The position numbers and the translations under genes are program-made. Under the pieces are notes generated by a model. That model was not told the origin of the DNA and did no database searches. It saw only the letters and a list, made by a program, of their open reading frames with translations. Below, piece by piece: positions 20,392-31,028 of a DNA stretch of 64,000 bases (positions are counted from its first letter, which is position 1; each line of letters opens with the position of its first letter). Location of the stretch: assembly GCA_964552045.1 (NCBI GenBank), contig CAZKFF010000006.1:34657-98656 (forward strand), written 5' to 3'. The stretch comes from an uncultured Candidatus Saccharibacteria bacterium (GTDB taxonomy: Bacteria > Patescibacteriota > Minisyncoccia > Phycocordibacterales > UBA918).

Positions 20392-20466
20392 TGTCGATGT
20401 AGCTCAGTTGGTTAGAGCATCTCACTCATAAAGAGAAGGTCGCAGGTTCAATTCCCGCCATCGACA
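20392..20466 (+). tRNA. tRNA-Met (CAU) elongator-type (or tRNA-Ile2/lysidine)
   Basis: GTCGATG-TA-GCTC..GAGC-A-TCTCA-CTCATAA-AGAGA-AGGTC-GCAGG-TTCAATT-CCCGC-CATCGAC-A; close to E. coli elongator tRNA-Met. Confidence 0.75.
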
Positions 20467-20512
20467 CAAATACAAAAAGCCCCGACAAGGGCTTTTTGTA
20501 TTTGTGTCGATG
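20467..20512. terminator. Long perfect palindrome / bidirectional terminator that incorporates the tRNA 3' end
   Basis: tcgacacaaatacaaaaagcccc-gacaa-ggggctttttgtatttgtgtcga. Confidence 0.7.
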
Positions 20513-20638
20513 AAGAACAGTCTGGGAGACTGTTCGTCGGGAATTGAAGAGAGTGAGTATATCGCACGCAGCTTGCGAGTACGATACGAGCGACGGGGCA
20601 GCGAGTTCTTATGAGCTTTGAGAATTAGAACTGGCGCC

Positions 20639-20657
20639 ACTTCCCGCCATCGACACC
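20639..20657 (+). repeat. Direct partial copy of tRNA-Met 3' end (ttcccgccatcgacac)
   Basis: 16-nt identity with 20451-20466; followed by hairpin aaccgccgctgggcggtttt. Confidence 0.65.
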
Positions 20658-20699
20658 AAGAAACCGCCGCTGGGCGGTTTTCCACTGTCGCATAACCGC

Positions 20700-20745
20700 G
20701 CAGTATACAAAAAAGCCCCGTTCGGGGCTTTTTTGTATACTGCGC
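20700..20745. terminator. Palindromic bidirectional terminator adjoining tRNA-Asp
   Basis: ccgcgcagtatacaaaaaagccccgttcggggcttttttgtatactgcgcgg. Confidence 0.7.
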
Positions 20746-20816
20746 GGTAGACGGGACTTGAACCCGCAACCTCCCGCGTGACAGGCGGGTGCTCTAACCA
20801 GTTGAGCTACCACCGC
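20743..20816 (-). tRNA. tRNA-Asp (GUC)
   Basis: GCGGTGG..CCCGC-CTGTCAC-GCGGG..TTCAAGT..CTACCGC-G; G73 discriminator typical of Asp. Confidence 0.8.
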
Positions 20817-20878
20817 AGTGCGCAGAGTATAGCGGTTTTGCTCAATATTTGCAATTACTGCTGGTACAATACAAAGGT

Positions 20879-21484
20879 ATGCAATTCATCACTTCGTCCA
20901 GGGCCGTACTGGCGTTCAGCACAGCCTACCTCATCCTCGGCGGGCTTTATTTTCTTCAAGACCTGAACTTTGAATTTGTTATATATGTAGGAGTCATTGT
21001 CGCTGCATTTGGACTCTTATTCGGGACTCTACCGATAACAAAATTGCCCACTTCCATTCTCTGGCTTATCAGCATCTGGGGACTCCTTCACATACTCGGC
21101 GGATCGGTGCCGACCCCAGACGGCGTGCTGTTCGCATACCGCATCTATCCGTTCGTTGATCTCGGCGGGGAGTTCTATATTCTCAAATATGACCAGGTGG
21201 TACACGCATATCTCTACGGCGTTATGGCTGTGGTATTTTTTCATGTGCTTACCCGCACGATCAACGCCGCCGGCCCGGCGTGGATCATCGTGCTCCTTGC
21301 GGTGATGGCCGCTATGGGTGTATCAGCGCTCAACGAGATCATGGAATTCCTCATCGCCATATCGCTTGAGCGCAACGGCGTCGGCGGCTATGAGAATGCA
21401 ATGCTCGATCTCATCTTTAATTTCGGCGGGGCAGTTACGGGGATTGCTCTCCTGCTTCTCTTTAAGCACAATACACGGCAATGA
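20879..21484 (+). CDS. Polytopic membrane protein, hypothetical
   Basis: Multiple TM helices; start at ATG 20879 preferred (tacaat -10-like box and aaagg upstream). Confidence 0.5.
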   Translation: MQFITSSRAVLAFSTAYLILGGLYFLQDLNFEFVIYVGVIVAAFGLLFGTLPITKLPTSILWLISIWGLLHILGGSVPTPDGVLFAYRIYPFVDLGGEFYILKYDQVVHAYLYGVMAVVFFHVLTRTINAAGPAWIIVLLAVMAAMGVSALNEIMEFLIAISLERNGVGGYENAMLDLIFNFGGAVTGIALLLLFKHNTRQ

Positions 21485-21864
21485 CCGACGAAGCATTTTT
21501 GAAACTGGTCGATGCGGGCATTGATGCGCTGCGGGATGATGTCAGGGAAAGAATGGGCAACGTCGCCATCGTCATCGCAGACGAGCCGAGCATCGAGCAA
21601 AAAGAAGAGAACCGCATCAAGGACACCGATGTGCTTTTCGGACTGTATGAAGGCGTGCCGCAAACGGAGCGGGGAGTCGAGGACTTCCCGATGCTTCCCG
21701 ATAAGATAACCATTTTCAAGAATGCCATCCTGCACGCGTACAGCGATCCTGAAGATATCCGGCAGTGCGTGGAGAACACGGTCTGGCATGAGGTCGCCCA
21801 CCATTTTGGCATGGATGAGGATGAGGTGGCACGAGAGGAGTTCAGACGGGGAAAGACCCTGTAG
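21481..21864 (+). CDS. Zincin-like metallopeptidase (HExxH; DUF1025-like)
   Basis: WHEVAHHFG HExxH motif, 127 aa. Confidence 0.65.
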   Translation: MTDEAFLKLVDAGIDALRDDVRERMGNVAIVIADEPSIEQKEENRIKDTDVLFGLYEGVPQTERGVEDFPMLPDKITIFKNAILHAYSDPEDIRQCVENTVWHEVAHHFGMDEDEVAREEFRRGKTL

Positions 21865-22164
21865 CTATGCTTCGGGAGTTTCTTTCCGGCCACCATTTCT
21901 GAGTTCGAAGAACAAGAGTACTCCGCCTCCAAGCGCACCGGCAAAGCCAAGCGGTACGCTGTAGAACACAAGCCAGCCGAACATCCCCATAAGCGAGAGC
22001 AGTCCTCCTATGTCGCCAAAGATGGTTGGACACATAGAGGTGCCCGACTCATCGAGTTGACATCCGAACAGAGACGCCGCAAGACCAGCCAGCAGGACGC
22101 TTGCCAGAGGAAGGATCGCAGTTATGATGCTGAGTATGAGGATTCCTATGGCTGCTTTTTTCAT
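21865..22164 (-). CDS. Small membrane/secreted hypothetical protein
   Basis: MKKAAIGILILSIITAILPLASVLLAG signal/TM; Gly-rich C-terminal half. Confidence 0.45.
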   Translation of the reverse strand: MKKAAIGILILSIITAILPLASVLLAGLAASLFGCQLDESGTSMCPTIFGDIGGLLSLMGMFGWLVFYSVPLGFAGALGGGVLLFFELRNGGRKETPEA

Positions 22165-22203
22165 GATGTGTAATGCGCTACTGCTAATAAATCTTGCGAT
22201 TTG

Positions 22204-22276
22204 AGCCACCTCGCAGGATCGAACTGCGGACCTTTGCGTTACGAATGCAATGCTCTACCAACTGAGCTAAGGTGGC
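22204..22276 (-). tRNA. tRNA-Thr (CGU)
   Basis: GCCACCT..TTGCA-TTCGTAA-CGCAA..CGCAG-TTCGATC-CTGCG-AGGTGGC-T; A31·C39 mismatch. Confidence 0.65.
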
Positions 22277-22468
22277 GTGGCCTCTATCCTAGTATATGAG
22301 CACTTTGTTTTCAATGTATTATTTGGTATTCTTCCTGCGTCAGTTTGCAGCTACGAGTTCCACCTCTCTGCAAGCCGGCAGTGGCCACCGCGGTAGGACA
22401 ACGCCCATACAATGCGTTCGTTCAGCCAGGGTCTGCGACCGTTCTCCCCAGCGGTGGCCACTCTCTTC

Positions 22469-22541
22469 GCCAATGTAGCTCAGTTGGTAGAGCACGCCCA
22501 TGGTAAGGGCGAGGTCATCAGTTCAATCCTGATCATTGGCT
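22469..22541 (+). tRNA. tRNA-Thr (GGU)
   Basis: GCCAATG..CGCCC-ATGGTAA-GGGCG..ATCAG-TTCAATC-CTGAT-CATTGGC-T. Confidence 0.8.
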
Positions 22542-22546
22542 CACTA

Positions 22547-22572
22547 TGCAAACCCCGTAAGGGGTTTTTGCA
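22547..22572 (+). terminator. Terminator hairpin after tRNA-Thr
   Basis: gcaaaccccgtaaggggtttttgc. Confidence 0.7.
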
Positions 22573-22690
22573 TATATGCCAGTGATCGCACATCTGTTTC
22601 TTTAGAAACAGGAGCAAGGATTGAAAAGCTTTTGAGATATTTCTGGAGTGCGCGACAGAAATAACCAAAAGGTGTACTGAAACGGTACGT

Positions 22691-22714
22691 TTCAATCCTG
22701 ATCATTGGCTCACT
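22691..22714 (+). repeat. Direct partial copy of tRNA-Thr(GGU) 3' end (24 nt identical)
   Basis: ttcaatcctgatcattggctcact = 22521-22544; followed by hairpin aaaagcccgcgagggctttt. Confidence 0.7.
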
Positions 22715-22763
22715 CCAAAAGCCCGCGAGGGCTTTTGCTTGTTATTTGCTATACTGCTGGTGC

Positions 22764-23186
22764 ATGGAGGTCATACGCCTGACAGTGGAAAATATTGGAG
22801 CGCATCTGCAGGACTGCCTTCGCTTGCAGCGCCAGCTCATTAAGCCGGAAGAAACACCGAGTGAAGCCCTTTTTATGCGTACTGCGGAAGATGATCGCAC
22901 GTACATGCTCGGCCTTATAGAGGATGAGCACCTGGTGGGGCTCGGCGTAGTCGGATGCCTTGTTCACCCGGCGCACATTACTGCACATATTGACAATGTG
23001 GTCGTCGACGCTGCATACCGCGGACGCGGTTATTTTACGGTCATCATGGGCGCGCTTGAAGCGCAGGCAGCGCACTGGGGAGCTGACGAAGTAACGCTCA
23101 CCTGCTCACGCCCCGCAGTGCAGCCTTTGTACCTCAGACGAGACTATAAAGAGCGGGACACTACATGCTATAAAAAGAAGATCTAA
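22764..23186 (+). CDS. GNAT family N-acetyltransferase
   Basis: [34 protein letters not shown] acetyl-CoA binding motif. Confidence 0.7.
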   Translation: MEVIRLTVENIGAHLQDCLRLQRQLIKPEETPSEALFMRTAEDDRTYMLGLIEDEHLVGLGVVGCLVHPAHITAHIDNVVVDAAYRGRGYFTVIMGALEAQAAHWGADEVTLTCSRPAVQPLYLRRDYKERDTTCYKKKI

Positions 23187-24061
23187 TGCCTGAGGATATT
23201 CAAAAACGCATTGATGAGATTGAACATGCAATGCTGCAGAATGATTTTTGGAAGGACCCGCAGAAAGCCCAGGCTCTGTTCAAAGAGCTCGAAGAGCTGA
23301 AGGACGCAAAAGCGGGCAAGGGCAAATATGACCGGAGCAACGCAGTCATCACGATTGTTGCGGGGGCCGGAGGGGACGATGCGGAAGACTTCGCACGCAT
23401 GCTCGCGCACATGTATCAAAAGTATGCTCAGAAACGCGGGTGGGGCGTTTTTGAGCTTGATGCCAATGCCAATGACCATAACGGCTATCGCAACGTCACG
23501 TTTGAAGTGAGCGGCAAAGAGGCATACGGGACACTGCAGCATGAGTCCGGCGTGCACCGTCTGGTGCGCATATCGCCGTTTAACAGTAACGGCAAGCGGC
23601 AGACCTCATTCGTGCTGGTTGAAGTCTCTCCGCAAGTGCAGAGCGCAGGCGAGGTCGGTATTGCAGAGGAAGACATTGAGGTGAGCTTTGCGCGCTCGGG
23701 AGGCGCGGGAGGGCAGAACGTGAACAAGCGGGAGACCGCGGTGCGCATTGTGCATATCCCGACGAACATCTCGGTCAATGTCTCAAGCGAGCGCAGCCAG
23801 ATGCAGAACCGGGAGCGGGCGCTCGCGCTCCTTGCCGGCAAGGTGTTCGCATTCCGCGAGGTGCAGCGCAAGCGCGAACTGCAGGGGCTTTCTGTTGAGA
23901 AAACGCTCAAAATAGAATGGGGAAGCCAGATCCGTTCGTATGTGCTCCATCCATACCAAATGGTCAAAGATCACCGCACCAACACCGAAACAGCGAAGAT
24001 CGACGCGGTTTTGAACGGGGATATACAGCTATTTCTAGACGCGAGTGCGGAACTAAAGTAA
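23186..24061 (+). CDS. prfB: Peptide chain release factor 2, N-terminally short, no programmed frameshift site
   Basis: SPF motif ([15 protein letters not shown]) and GGQ ([11 protein letters not shown]); 291 aa. Confidence 0.85.
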   Translation: MPEDIQKRIDEIEHAMLQNDFWKDPQKAQALFKELEELKDAKAGKGKYDRSNAVITIVAGAGGDDAEDFARMLAHMYQKYAQKRGWGVFELDANANDHNGYRNVTFEVSGKEAYGTLQHESGVHRLVRISPFNSNGKRQTSFVLVEVSPQVQSAGEVGIAEEDIEVSFARSGGAGGQNVNKRETAVRIVHIPTNISVNVSSERSQMQNRERALALLAGKVFAFREVQRKRELQGLSVEKTLKIEWGSQIRSYVLHPYQMVKDHRTNTETAKIDAVLNGDIQLFLDASAELK

Positions 24062-24156
24062 AATGGGAAGCGTTGGTTATGAGTGTCGCCGCAGAGACGA
24101 TCTTCGCGTGTACGGGAAGGGTGGACAATGGCAACAGTGCATAACATTTTGTTTTT

Positions 24157-24837
24157 ATGATCTACTTCGATAATGTATCGAAACTGTACAACGGCGGTTC
24201 AATAGCACTTCAGGGTGTATCGTTCCAGGTTGCTCCGAAGGAGTTCGTATCCATCGTTGGACATTCAGGAGCGGGCAAGACCACGCTTCTGAAAATGCTC
24301 ATTGCTGAGGACAGGCCGACCGAGGGCCAGGTTTTCTTTGAATCACTCGACATACACAAGATACCCCGCACAAAACTTCCTAAATACCGGCGCAAGATCG
24401 GAACTGTCTTTCAGGACTTCAAACTGCTTCCGCACATGACCGCCTATGAGAACATCGCGTTTGCGATGGAAGCCAATGGCCGCTCCGACGAGGAGATCAA
24501 GGAGAATGTGCCACAGGCGCTCGCTCTGGTTGACCTTGAGGACAAGATATGGAATTTCCCCGGCGAGCTCTCCGGAGGAGAGAAGCAGCGTGTGGCGATC
24601 GCTCGTGCGATCGTCAACCAGCCGGACATCATCATTGCCGATGAGCCGACAGGGAACCTCGATCCGATCGCTACCTATGAAGTGGTACAGATACTCAAGA
24701 AGATCAATGACCTCGGTACGACAGTGATCATGACCACGCACAACAAGGGGGTCATTGATGAGCTTGAGCGCCGCGTCATTACCATGGACGAGGGCCGCAT
24801 CGTCCGCGACGACCAGGAAGGCAAATATGTTTTGTAA
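24157..24837 (+). CDS. ftsE: Cell-division ABC ATPase FtsE
   Basis: Walker [24 protein letters not shown] signature, followed by ftsX. Confidence 0.9.
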   Translation: MIYFDNVSKLYNGGSIALQGVSFQVAPKEFVSIVGHSGAGKTTLLKMLIAEDRPTEGQVFFESLDIHKIPRTKLPKYRRKIGTVFQDFKLLPHMTAYENIAFAMEANGRSDEEIKENVPQALALVDLEDKIWNFPGELSGGEKQRVAIARAIVNQPDIIIADEPTGNLDPIATYEVVQILKKINDLGTTVIMTTHNKGVIDELERRVITMDEGRIVRDDQEGKYVL

Positions 24838-24866
24838 ACGGGGATAATTTCAAGTATTAATTTTTT

Positions 24867-25787
24867 ATGTGGACAGCAACCAAGCGCGTAATACGATCAG
24901 GTTTTGTGGGGTTTTGGCGCAATGCGTTCGTTTCCATTGCCGCTATTTTTGTGATGACTGTGGCGCTGTTTGTGGTCGGGTCTACCATGATGATCGACAA
25001 GCTCCTTGATGTCTCGCTTGAGAATATCCAGAGCAAGGTCGACATCAATGTTTACTTCGTCACCACAGCTGAACAGTCGGATATCGACGCGCTGCGATCC
25101 TCGCTTGAGGCGCTTCCGGACGTTGCAGAAGTGACGTTCACCTCGCGCGAAGACGCACTCGCTGCGTTCTCGGAGCGGCACAAGAATGACGAGACAATCA
25201 TGCAGGGACTTGAGGAGCTCGGCGACAATCCGCTCGGTGCATCGCTTTCGATCCGCGCCAAGCAGACATCCCAGTACGAAGGCATAGCCCAGTTCTTAAG
25301 TGACCAGCAGGCCGCTGAAGACCCCCAGCGTCCGCTCATCGACGAGGTCAACTTCGTGAAGAACAAGGATGCTATTGATAAGCTTACGAACATCATCAAC
25401 GCCGTCGAGCGCTCCACGTGGGTGACGATGATCGTGCTTGTGGCGGCATCGGTGCTGATCACTTTCAATACCATCCGGCTTGCGATCTATACCTCGCGCG
25501 AGGAGATCGCGGTCATGCGTCTGGTTGGAGCAAGCAATACCTTCATTCGGGGACCTTTCATGCTCCAGGGGATCATGTACGGGATCGCCGCGGGAGTCGT
25601 GGCGCTCCTCGTCCTCTATCCGCTTATTCTATGGATCGGGCCTGAGACGCAGTCATTCTTCCAGTTCAATCTCTTCGACTATTTCGTATCTGATTTCCCG
25701 CGCATATTCGGCATCATTGTCGGCAGCGGCATTGTGCTCGGCATAGCATCGAGCATACTCGCCGTAGCGCGATATCTGCACGTTTAG
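24867..25787 (+). CDS. ftsX: Cell-division permease FtsX
   Basis: N-terminal TM, periplasmic domain, 3 C-terminal TM helices; synteny with ftsE. Confidence 0.85.
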   Translation: MWTATKRVIRSGFVGFWRNAFVSIAAIFVMTVALFVVGSTMMIDKLLDVSLENIQSKVDINVYFVTTAEQSDIDALRSSLEALPDVAEVTFTSREDALAAFSERHKNDETIMQGLEELGDNPLGASLSIRAKQTSQYEGIAQFLSDQQAAEDPQRPLIDEVNFVKNKDAIDKLTNIINAVERSTWVTMIVLVAASVLITFNTIRLAIYTSREEIAVMRLVGASNTFIRGPFMLQGIMYGIAAGVVALLVLYPLILWIGPETQSFFQFNLFDYFVSDFPRIFGIIVGSGIVLGIASSILAVARYLHV

Positions 25788-25803
25788 AAGTAAGTACAGC
25801 ATA

Positions 25804-27465
<1,662 letters not shown>

Positions 27466-27473
27466 TATCCAGT

Positions 27474-27752
27474 ATGTTTCAAGGGAATTGGACCTGCAGC
27501 ACCTGCGGCAAACCCATAACCGAACTGCCGTTCGAGCCGAGAAATGCCGCCGGGCTTACGTGCAGGGAGTGTTACGCAAAGGGGAAGGAAGGCCAGAGTG
27601 GAAATGCACAAGGTCAGACCGACCGCCCAAAGGTGGAAGGCAACTGGCAATGCAGCGGATGCGGCGCCACCATTACGAGCCTGCCGTTCACTCCACGCGA
27701 CACATCAAACCTTCTGTGCATCGACTGCTATAAACAGCGAAAAGCGGGATAA
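27474..27752 (+). CDS. Tandem zinc-ribbon small protein (two GNWxCSxCG..LPF.PR...L.C..CY repeats)
   Basis: Internal duplication at protein and nt level, 4 Cys per repeat. Confidence 0.5.
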   Translation: MFQGNWTCSTCGKPITELPFEPRNAAGLTCRECYAKGKEGQSGNAQGQTDRPKVEGNWQCSGCGATITSLPFTPRDTSNLLCIDCYKQRKAG

Positions 27753-27755
27753 AAA

Positions 27756-27800
27756 GAGCACATAAAAAGCACCGGTGCAGACTGGTGCTTTTTATGTGCT
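27756..27800. terminator. Bidirectional terminator, 17-bp perfect stem
   Basis: agcacataaaaagcacc-ggtgcagact-ggtgctttttatgtgct. Confidence 0.75.
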
Positions 27801-27811
27801 CAGAGCATTAC

Positions 27812-28183
27812 TCACGCCTCAACCTCCGCAGTGAAACCGCCATAGGCCAGACGCTTCATATCGAACGGCATCGGCATATCTGTTCCGGCATACTTTTCAT
27901 CAAAGTGCGCCATCACTTTCTTGTTGATCGCGTTTCGTTCTGCCTTGGACTTAAACACGATAAAGGAGAACCAAACCTCCTCGTTTTCTTTTGCTTTCGC
28001 CATCTTGGGGAATGTGAAGGATACGTGCGGGGGTGTCATATCCTCAGCCCGGCATTCTTTATATTCGAGCGCACCGAACTGCATCCACACACCCGCTGCT
28101 TCCTTCGCCATCTTTTTGTACGCTGCTTTGTTTTCCTTGGGTATCACCATTACAAAACCATCGACGTATGTTGCCATATGCAT
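27812..28183 (-). CDS. DUF1428 family protein (YbaA-like)
   Basis: ..KSKAERNAINKKVMAHFDEKY.. family-typical; 123 aa. Confidence 0.55.
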   Translation of the reverse strand: MHMATYVDGFVMVIPKENKAAYKKMAKEAAGVWMQFGALEYKECRAEDMTPPHVSFTFPKMAKAKENEEVWFSFIVFKSKAERNAINKKVMAHFDEKYAGTDMPMPFDMKRLAYGGFTAEVEA

Positions 28184-28312
28184 GTGCTATGTTGATAATG
28201 AGCATAGTGTACCAGACATGCGTCTGAGGTATGCATGAAGAAATGCATCAACGGGAGCCTCCCCTGGACCGCGAAATTGTGCTATTCTGGTGCCCGCTGC
28301 AGCTGCATATTT

Positions 28313-28383
28313 TGGGGTATCGTCTAATGGTAGGACATCAGGTTTTGGTCCTGAGTATCGAGGTTCGAATCCTTGTACCCCAG
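28313..28383 (+). tRNA. tRNA-Gln (UUG)
   Basis: TGGGGTA-TC-GTCT..GGAC-A-TCAGG-TTTTGGT-CCTGA-GTAT-CGAGG-TTCGAAT-CCTTG-TACCCCA-G; close to E. coli tRNA-Gln. Confidence 0.8.
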
Positions 28384-29126
28384 CTCGTACTAAAAAACGC
28401 CAGTCTTGTACTGGTGTTTTTTAGTGCGTACAGCGGAAGGGTAGAGGATGAGAAAAGGTTGCCAGCTATTTTGAAAAAATAGCGACAACCTGTACAGATT
28501 CTGTAAGAATCGAATCCTTGTACCCCAGCTGTTAAGAAAAAACTCCCGACGAGGGAGTTTTTTCTGTTTACAAGCTGGAGGTCAGCATACATTATTATCG
28601 TAAAGAAACCGCCCCCACGGGGAGGGCGGTTGTTGCATGGCCTAGTTGAGGGGGTCCACGTGGAGACCACTTTCCCGTCGATGATGACCTGATTCGGAAA
28701 ACGATCGAAGACGCAGCCCTTTCGCGCCGCGCACGCCTCCTCAGGAGTCAGCATGCGTGACGGACGCGAGAAGTGGCCGAGCTCGGACGTCTGCAGTACC
28801 ACGAGGACTGTCAACAGGTCCTGGCACCTGACGCGTTCCCCGGTGTCGCTTTGCGCGATAAGGAGGAACAGGTAGCTCCCCGCCGGCGCTTTGAGCACCG
28901 CGGTGTCGCTTGTCTTAGTGTCCTCCGGCAGATCGATGAGGCTGCTCACCCAGAGGTGGGTGGCGCCGGAGGTTTCCCAGACGACCGTGATCTCCTCGCC
29001 TACTTCCGCGCGCGAGGGTTCGATGACGATCGAGCAGGAAAGTGATGCGGGTTCCTGTGCCGATGCCGTTGTGTACGGCAGAACGGCGACGAAGAGGGCG
29101 ATCAGAAACAGAGCGGTATGACGCAT
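28338..29126 (-). CDS. Secreted hypothetical protein (signal peptide MRHTALFLIALFVAVLPYTTASA); 3' end uncertain
   Basis: ORF has no in-frame stop until 28338 and so reads through a terminator-like hairpin (28598-28632), the tRNA-Gln fragment and the tRNA-Gln gene. The real C-terminus is probably near 28620 (frameshift or pseudogene possible). Confidence 0.35.
   Translation of the reverse strand: MRHTALFLIALFVAVLPYTTASAQEPASLSCSIVIEPSRAEVGEEITVVWETSGATHLWVSSLIDLPEDTKTSDTAVLKAPAGSYLFLLIAQSDTGERVRCQDLLTVLVVLQTSELGHFSRPSRMLTPEEACAARKGCVFDRFPNQVIIDGKVVSTWTPSTRPCNNRPPRGGGFFTIIMYADLQLVNRKNSLVGSFFLTAGVQGFDSYRICTGCRYFFKIAGNLFSSSTLPLYALKNTSTRLAFFSTSWGTRIRTSILRTKT
28510..28530 (+). repeat. Direct partial copy of tRNA-Gln 3' end (21 nt identical)
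   Basis: tcgaatccttgtaccccagct = 28365-28385; followed by hairpin aaaaaactcccgacgagggagtttttt. Confidence 0.7.
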
Positions 29127-29274
29127 GTGATGGCCTCAGCGTGTTGATGGAAGATCGTGACTACCGATCGCTACTGTAACATGAAAACCTGTTTTGTAAA
29201 TAGAATCTCCGACGACCCGAAGTTGTTCCAGGCCGGCAACAGAAAACCCACCGGGGTAGATTTTCCGTGGTGGG

Positions 29275-29538
29275 TCAGTGAACAAGCGAAGGTATGCCGA
29301 TCTCGCTTACGATGAGAAATACTGGCACCTCACTGCTCTTGATCGGCACTGCCAGCTGATTACGGTGATCGTAGAACATGCTGCAGGGCTCGCCGAGAAC
29401 GACGGTACTGCCCATTTCGAGGTAGTCGCCTGTTCTGGCCAGTTGCTTGCCGCAGACAATCCGGAAAGTCCGGACATCTTGCGGAATGGTGATCTCTTTC
29501 TCCATTTCTGCCTCCGTTAGCTCAGAGCATATAACCAT
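29275..29538 (-). CDS. Hypothetical small protein
   Basis: 87-aa ORF followed on the minus strand by hairpin cccaccgg..gtggtggg with a T-run; no known domain recognised. Confidence 0.3.
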   Translation of the reverse strand: MVICSELTEAEMEKEITIPQDVRTFRIVCGKQLARTGDYLEMGSTVVLGEPCSMFYDHRNQLAVPIKSSEVPVFLIVSEIGIPSLVH

Positions 29539-29618
29539 CCGTGTTCTTTCCTGTCAATAGCGAACAAGCGCACCTGTCACCGCTGATTTTGCATGCATGT
29601 GAGTGTACAATCGGAGCA

Positions 29619-30248
29619 ATGGAAGGAGATCATGCAAGATTCCTGGTAGATGCATCGGCTATATTTCTTTTTGGTTCTGTCTGGTTTGGCGCATGCGTCT
29701 TCCTTTGGGTGAAGAAAGAAAAGCGCTTCGTCTATCTGCTGTTCTTCACGCTATTTTGCATCTACCTCTATAAGGTTCTCGATCATACCCTGTTCCAATT
29801 CCAATCGCTGCTTCTTTTGAGGTACTTTATCCCGGACCTCATGCTCAGGGGACTCCCTGCTGAAGAAAGCGTGAATCTTGTTCCGCTTGTGACGCTCACC
29901 TTCGAAGACCTCCGGACCTCACTTCTTAATATCCTGCTCCTGATGCCGTTCGGATTCGGGTTGCCGTTTGTAACGGGTCTTCGTATGAAACAGGCAGTCA
30001 TCGCTGGAGCGATCTTCAGCATCTGTATCGAGCTGTTGCAGTTCCTGTCAGGATTTGCGGCAGATGTGACGTTCCGGATCGCCGACATCAATGACGTGAT
30101 CTTCAATACCGCCGGTGCGGCACTCGGCTACATGCTTTTTATCGCATTCGTGCGGGTCTGCCGCCGCGCATTCAGCAAGGGGTGGGTGCAAGAAAATCCG
30201 ATCCTGCAGCATATAACGCAACGGCCGCAGGCAGATGCACATCGTTAA
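29619..30248 (+). CDS. VanZ-like family membrane protein
   Basis: RIADINDVIFNTAGAALGY C-terminal VanZ signature; 4 TM helices. Confidence 0.6.
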   Translation: MEGDHARFLVDASAIFLFGSVWFGACVFLWVKKEKRFVYLLFFTLFCIYLYKVLDHTLFQFQSLLLLRYFIPDLMLRGLPAEESVNLVPLVTLTFEDLRTSLLNILLLMPFGFGLPFVTGLRMKQAVIAGAIFSICIELLQFLSGFAADVTFRIADINDVIFNTAGAALGYMLFIAFVRVCRRAFSKGWVQENPILQHITQRPQADAHR

Positions 30249-30294
30249 CCACTGCCTCCTTAACAGGCGCGTACAGGAACGGTACTATACACCC

Positions 30295-30870
30295 ATGAAA
30301 AACAACACTGCGAGTACAAAGAAATTGTCCGGAGAAGAGCGGGTGGCACTGCTCGGCATCCTCAGGGAGCGTTTTGAAAAAAACATGAGCCGGCATAAAG
30401 GCCTCGTGTGGGAAGCGGTGGAGGCGAAGCTCAAAGTAAGCCCCAAGAAACTCTGGTCGCTTTCTGAGATGGAAAGAACCGGCGGCGAGCCGGATGTCAT
30501 AGGCAAAGATAGGAAAACGGGAGAGTTCGTCTTCTGCGACTGTTCGGAAGAAAGCCCCAAGGGACGCCGCAGCGCTTGTTATGACCGAGCGGCACAGACC
30601 TCACGGAAAGAGCACGCGCCGGAACGCAATGCGGTTGATATGGCTTCAGGGATGGGCATACAGCTTTTGACAGAGGAACAGTACCGCGCACTGCAGAAGC
30701 TCGGTGCTTTCGATTTGAAGACCTCAAGCTGGGTGGCGACTCCCGCTCCTATCAGAAAACTCGGCGGCGCGCTCTATTGCGACCGCCGCTACGATACGGT
30801 CTTTACGTACCACAACGGTGCGGAGTCGTACTATGCCGCGCGGGGATTCCGCGGGGAGCTGCGGGTCTGA
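30295..30870 (+). CDS. DUF4256-like hypothetical protein
   Basis: ..MERTGGEPDVIGKD..FCDCSEESPKGRRSACYD.. recalled family resemblance only. Confidence 0.45.
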   Translation: MKNNTASTKKLSGEERVALLGILRERFEKNMSRHKGLVWEAVEAKLKVSPKKLWSLSEMERTGGEPDVIGKDRKTGEFVFCDCSEESPKGRRSACYDRAAQTSRKEHAPERNAVDMASGMGIQLLTEEQYRALQKLGAFDLKTSSWVATPAPIRKLGGALYCDRRYDTVFTYHNGAESYYAARGFRGELRV

Positions 30871-31028
30871 TACGAACTGAGTGTCTGATAGGCGCTGCTC
30901 ATTTTACGCCCCAAAATAAGGCTATTATGAATATTCTATGAAGTAAGAGACGACCTAGTGATACGTCACTAGGAAGGCAGGTCGACATGATTAGACGTTA
31001 AACTTACAAGCTTAACAACTAAAAACAT

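Noticed and set aside
22480-22695. 71-aa minus ORF between tRNA-Thr(GGU) and its 3' duplicate
   Set aside because: Covers the tRNA 3' end, terminator hairpin and palindromes; spurious.
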